Positions 63,550 to 64,000 of a stretch of DNA of 64,000 nucleotides are shown one piece after another. The notes under the pieces were generated by a model that was not told the DNA's origin, ran no database searches, and saw only the letters and a list, made by a program, of their open reading frames with translations. How positions within the stretch are numbered: the first letter of the stretch is position 1; every line of letters begins with the position of its first letter. The stretch is from the NCBI GenBank assembly GCA_022447585.1, contig JAKVAR010000009.1, forward strand, positions 57,133 to 121,132, given 5' to 3'. The position numbers were made by a program, and so were the translations under genes. The stretch comes from Crocinitomicaceae bacterium (GTDB lineage Bacteria; Bacteroidota; Bacteroidia; Flavobacteriales_D; Crocinitomicaceae).

Positions 63550-64000
63550 AAATAGTCTACTTTTTTTGTTTAATAAGTTTGAGTTCAATAGGTCAAGTTG
63601 ATCGACTTGTAGTTCAAAATAAAATATACCTAGTAGGTGAAGATCATACTAATAATAATGCATGTTCAAGATTAGCTATAATAGAGTCATGTCTTAGCAC
63701 ATTTGATACGATTAACATAGGCTTAGAAATCTCAAAGAGCTATGAGGTTGAAATTAAGTCATATTTAAATCAATTCGATCCTGCTTTACCCAAAAGGTTA
63801 AAAAGCATCGATATAAAGAATCGAAAAGATTTCTATTCCTTTGTTGTGGGATTGCGAAAAATTGCAAACTCTCACAAGACAGTTATCAATGTAAATTGTT
63901 TTGATGTAGAAAATGTATTTGATATTCATTCTACTGAAGCATTGATAAGATTTTGTGAGTCTTTTAAAGGATTAAAGAATACAAAATTGTGGAGGCTTGT
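63546..64000 (+). CDS. Hypothetical secreted protein, partial (possible ChaN/Tiki-superfamily GExH protein)
   Basis: ATGA overlap with the upstream stop, and open to the window end. The sequence MKIVYFFCLISLSSIGQ..IYLVGEDHTNN resembles the GE.H motif of the ChaN/Tiki/erythromycin-esterase superfamily. This is weak evidence. Confidence 0.4.
   Translation, partial: MKIVYFFCLISLSSIGQVDRLVVQNKIYLVGEDHTNNNACSRLAIIESCLSTFDTINIGLEISKSYEVEIKSYLNQFDPALPKRLKSIDIKNRKDFYSFVVGLRKIANSHKTVINVNCFDVENVFDIHSTEALIRFCESFKGLKNTKLWRL

Noticed and set aside
1-64000. Search for tRNA, rRNA, CRISPR arrays, IS elements, integrases, phage or defence-system genes (restriction, TA, Cas, retron RT, and similar).
   Set aside because: I recognised none of these by eye on either strand. 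Intergenic regions are short and are explained by promoters and terminators, apart from those listed as findings.

Overview
AT-rich Bacteroidota (Flavobacteriia-like) chromosomal window. The assignment rests on a T9SS type-B C-terminal sorting domain, type III glutamine synthetase, DUF4199 and DUF4494 genes, flexirubin-type genes, and TAnnTTTG -7 promoter boxes. I call about 56 densely packed protein genes, and I recognised no rRNA, tRNA, CRISPR array, IS element or integrase. All homology calls below come from reading the translations and recalling family motifs; no database search was run.

Layout:
- nt 1-12961: distal part of a flexirubin/aryl-polyene-type pigment cluster that continues off the left edge. 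It holds a tyrosine ammonia-lyase (partial), an O-methyltransferase, a 1271-aa MMPL-exporter/PlsC-acyltransferase/methyltransferase fusion, a CrtI-like oxidoreductase, a flavin-halogenase-like protein with a WxWxIP motif, a PaaK-type ligase, a C45 acyltransferase-like protein and a PPTase.
- nt 13-33 kb: mostly housekeeping genes. These include a CDF transporter, three M16 peptidases, pdxH, a DEAD-box helicase, GSIII, L31, a WG-repeat protein, an AAC(3)-family enzyme and menB.
- nt 33.7-35.9 kb: a T9SS cargo gene bracketed by ~60-nt direct repeats.
- nt 38.7-44.4 kb: a six-gene, start/stop-overlapping operon. It encodes a lipoprotein, an unusual RPE-barrel+CBS fusion, a DAHP synthase (type I-beta), an N-terminally extended KdsC-family phosphatase, a saccharopine/alanine-dehydrogenase-like enzyme and a UMF1 MFS transporter. 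This is my best candidate for an undescribed phosphosugar/ulosonic-acid module.
- nt 48.4-54.3 kb: a 1976-aa secreted protein with about 21 tandem ~60-aa TPR-like units.
- The remainder holds apbE, an mpl-like Mur ligase, trhO, rho (with a ~150-aa N/R/K/E-rich insertion) and a DAACS transporter.

Other oddities: a small double-CxxC zinc-ribbon gene interrupted by an in-frame TAA; mutually exclusive G/C-rich hairpins upstream of glnN; and several ORF-track starts that I move because a -7 promoter box lies inside the predicted 5' extension.
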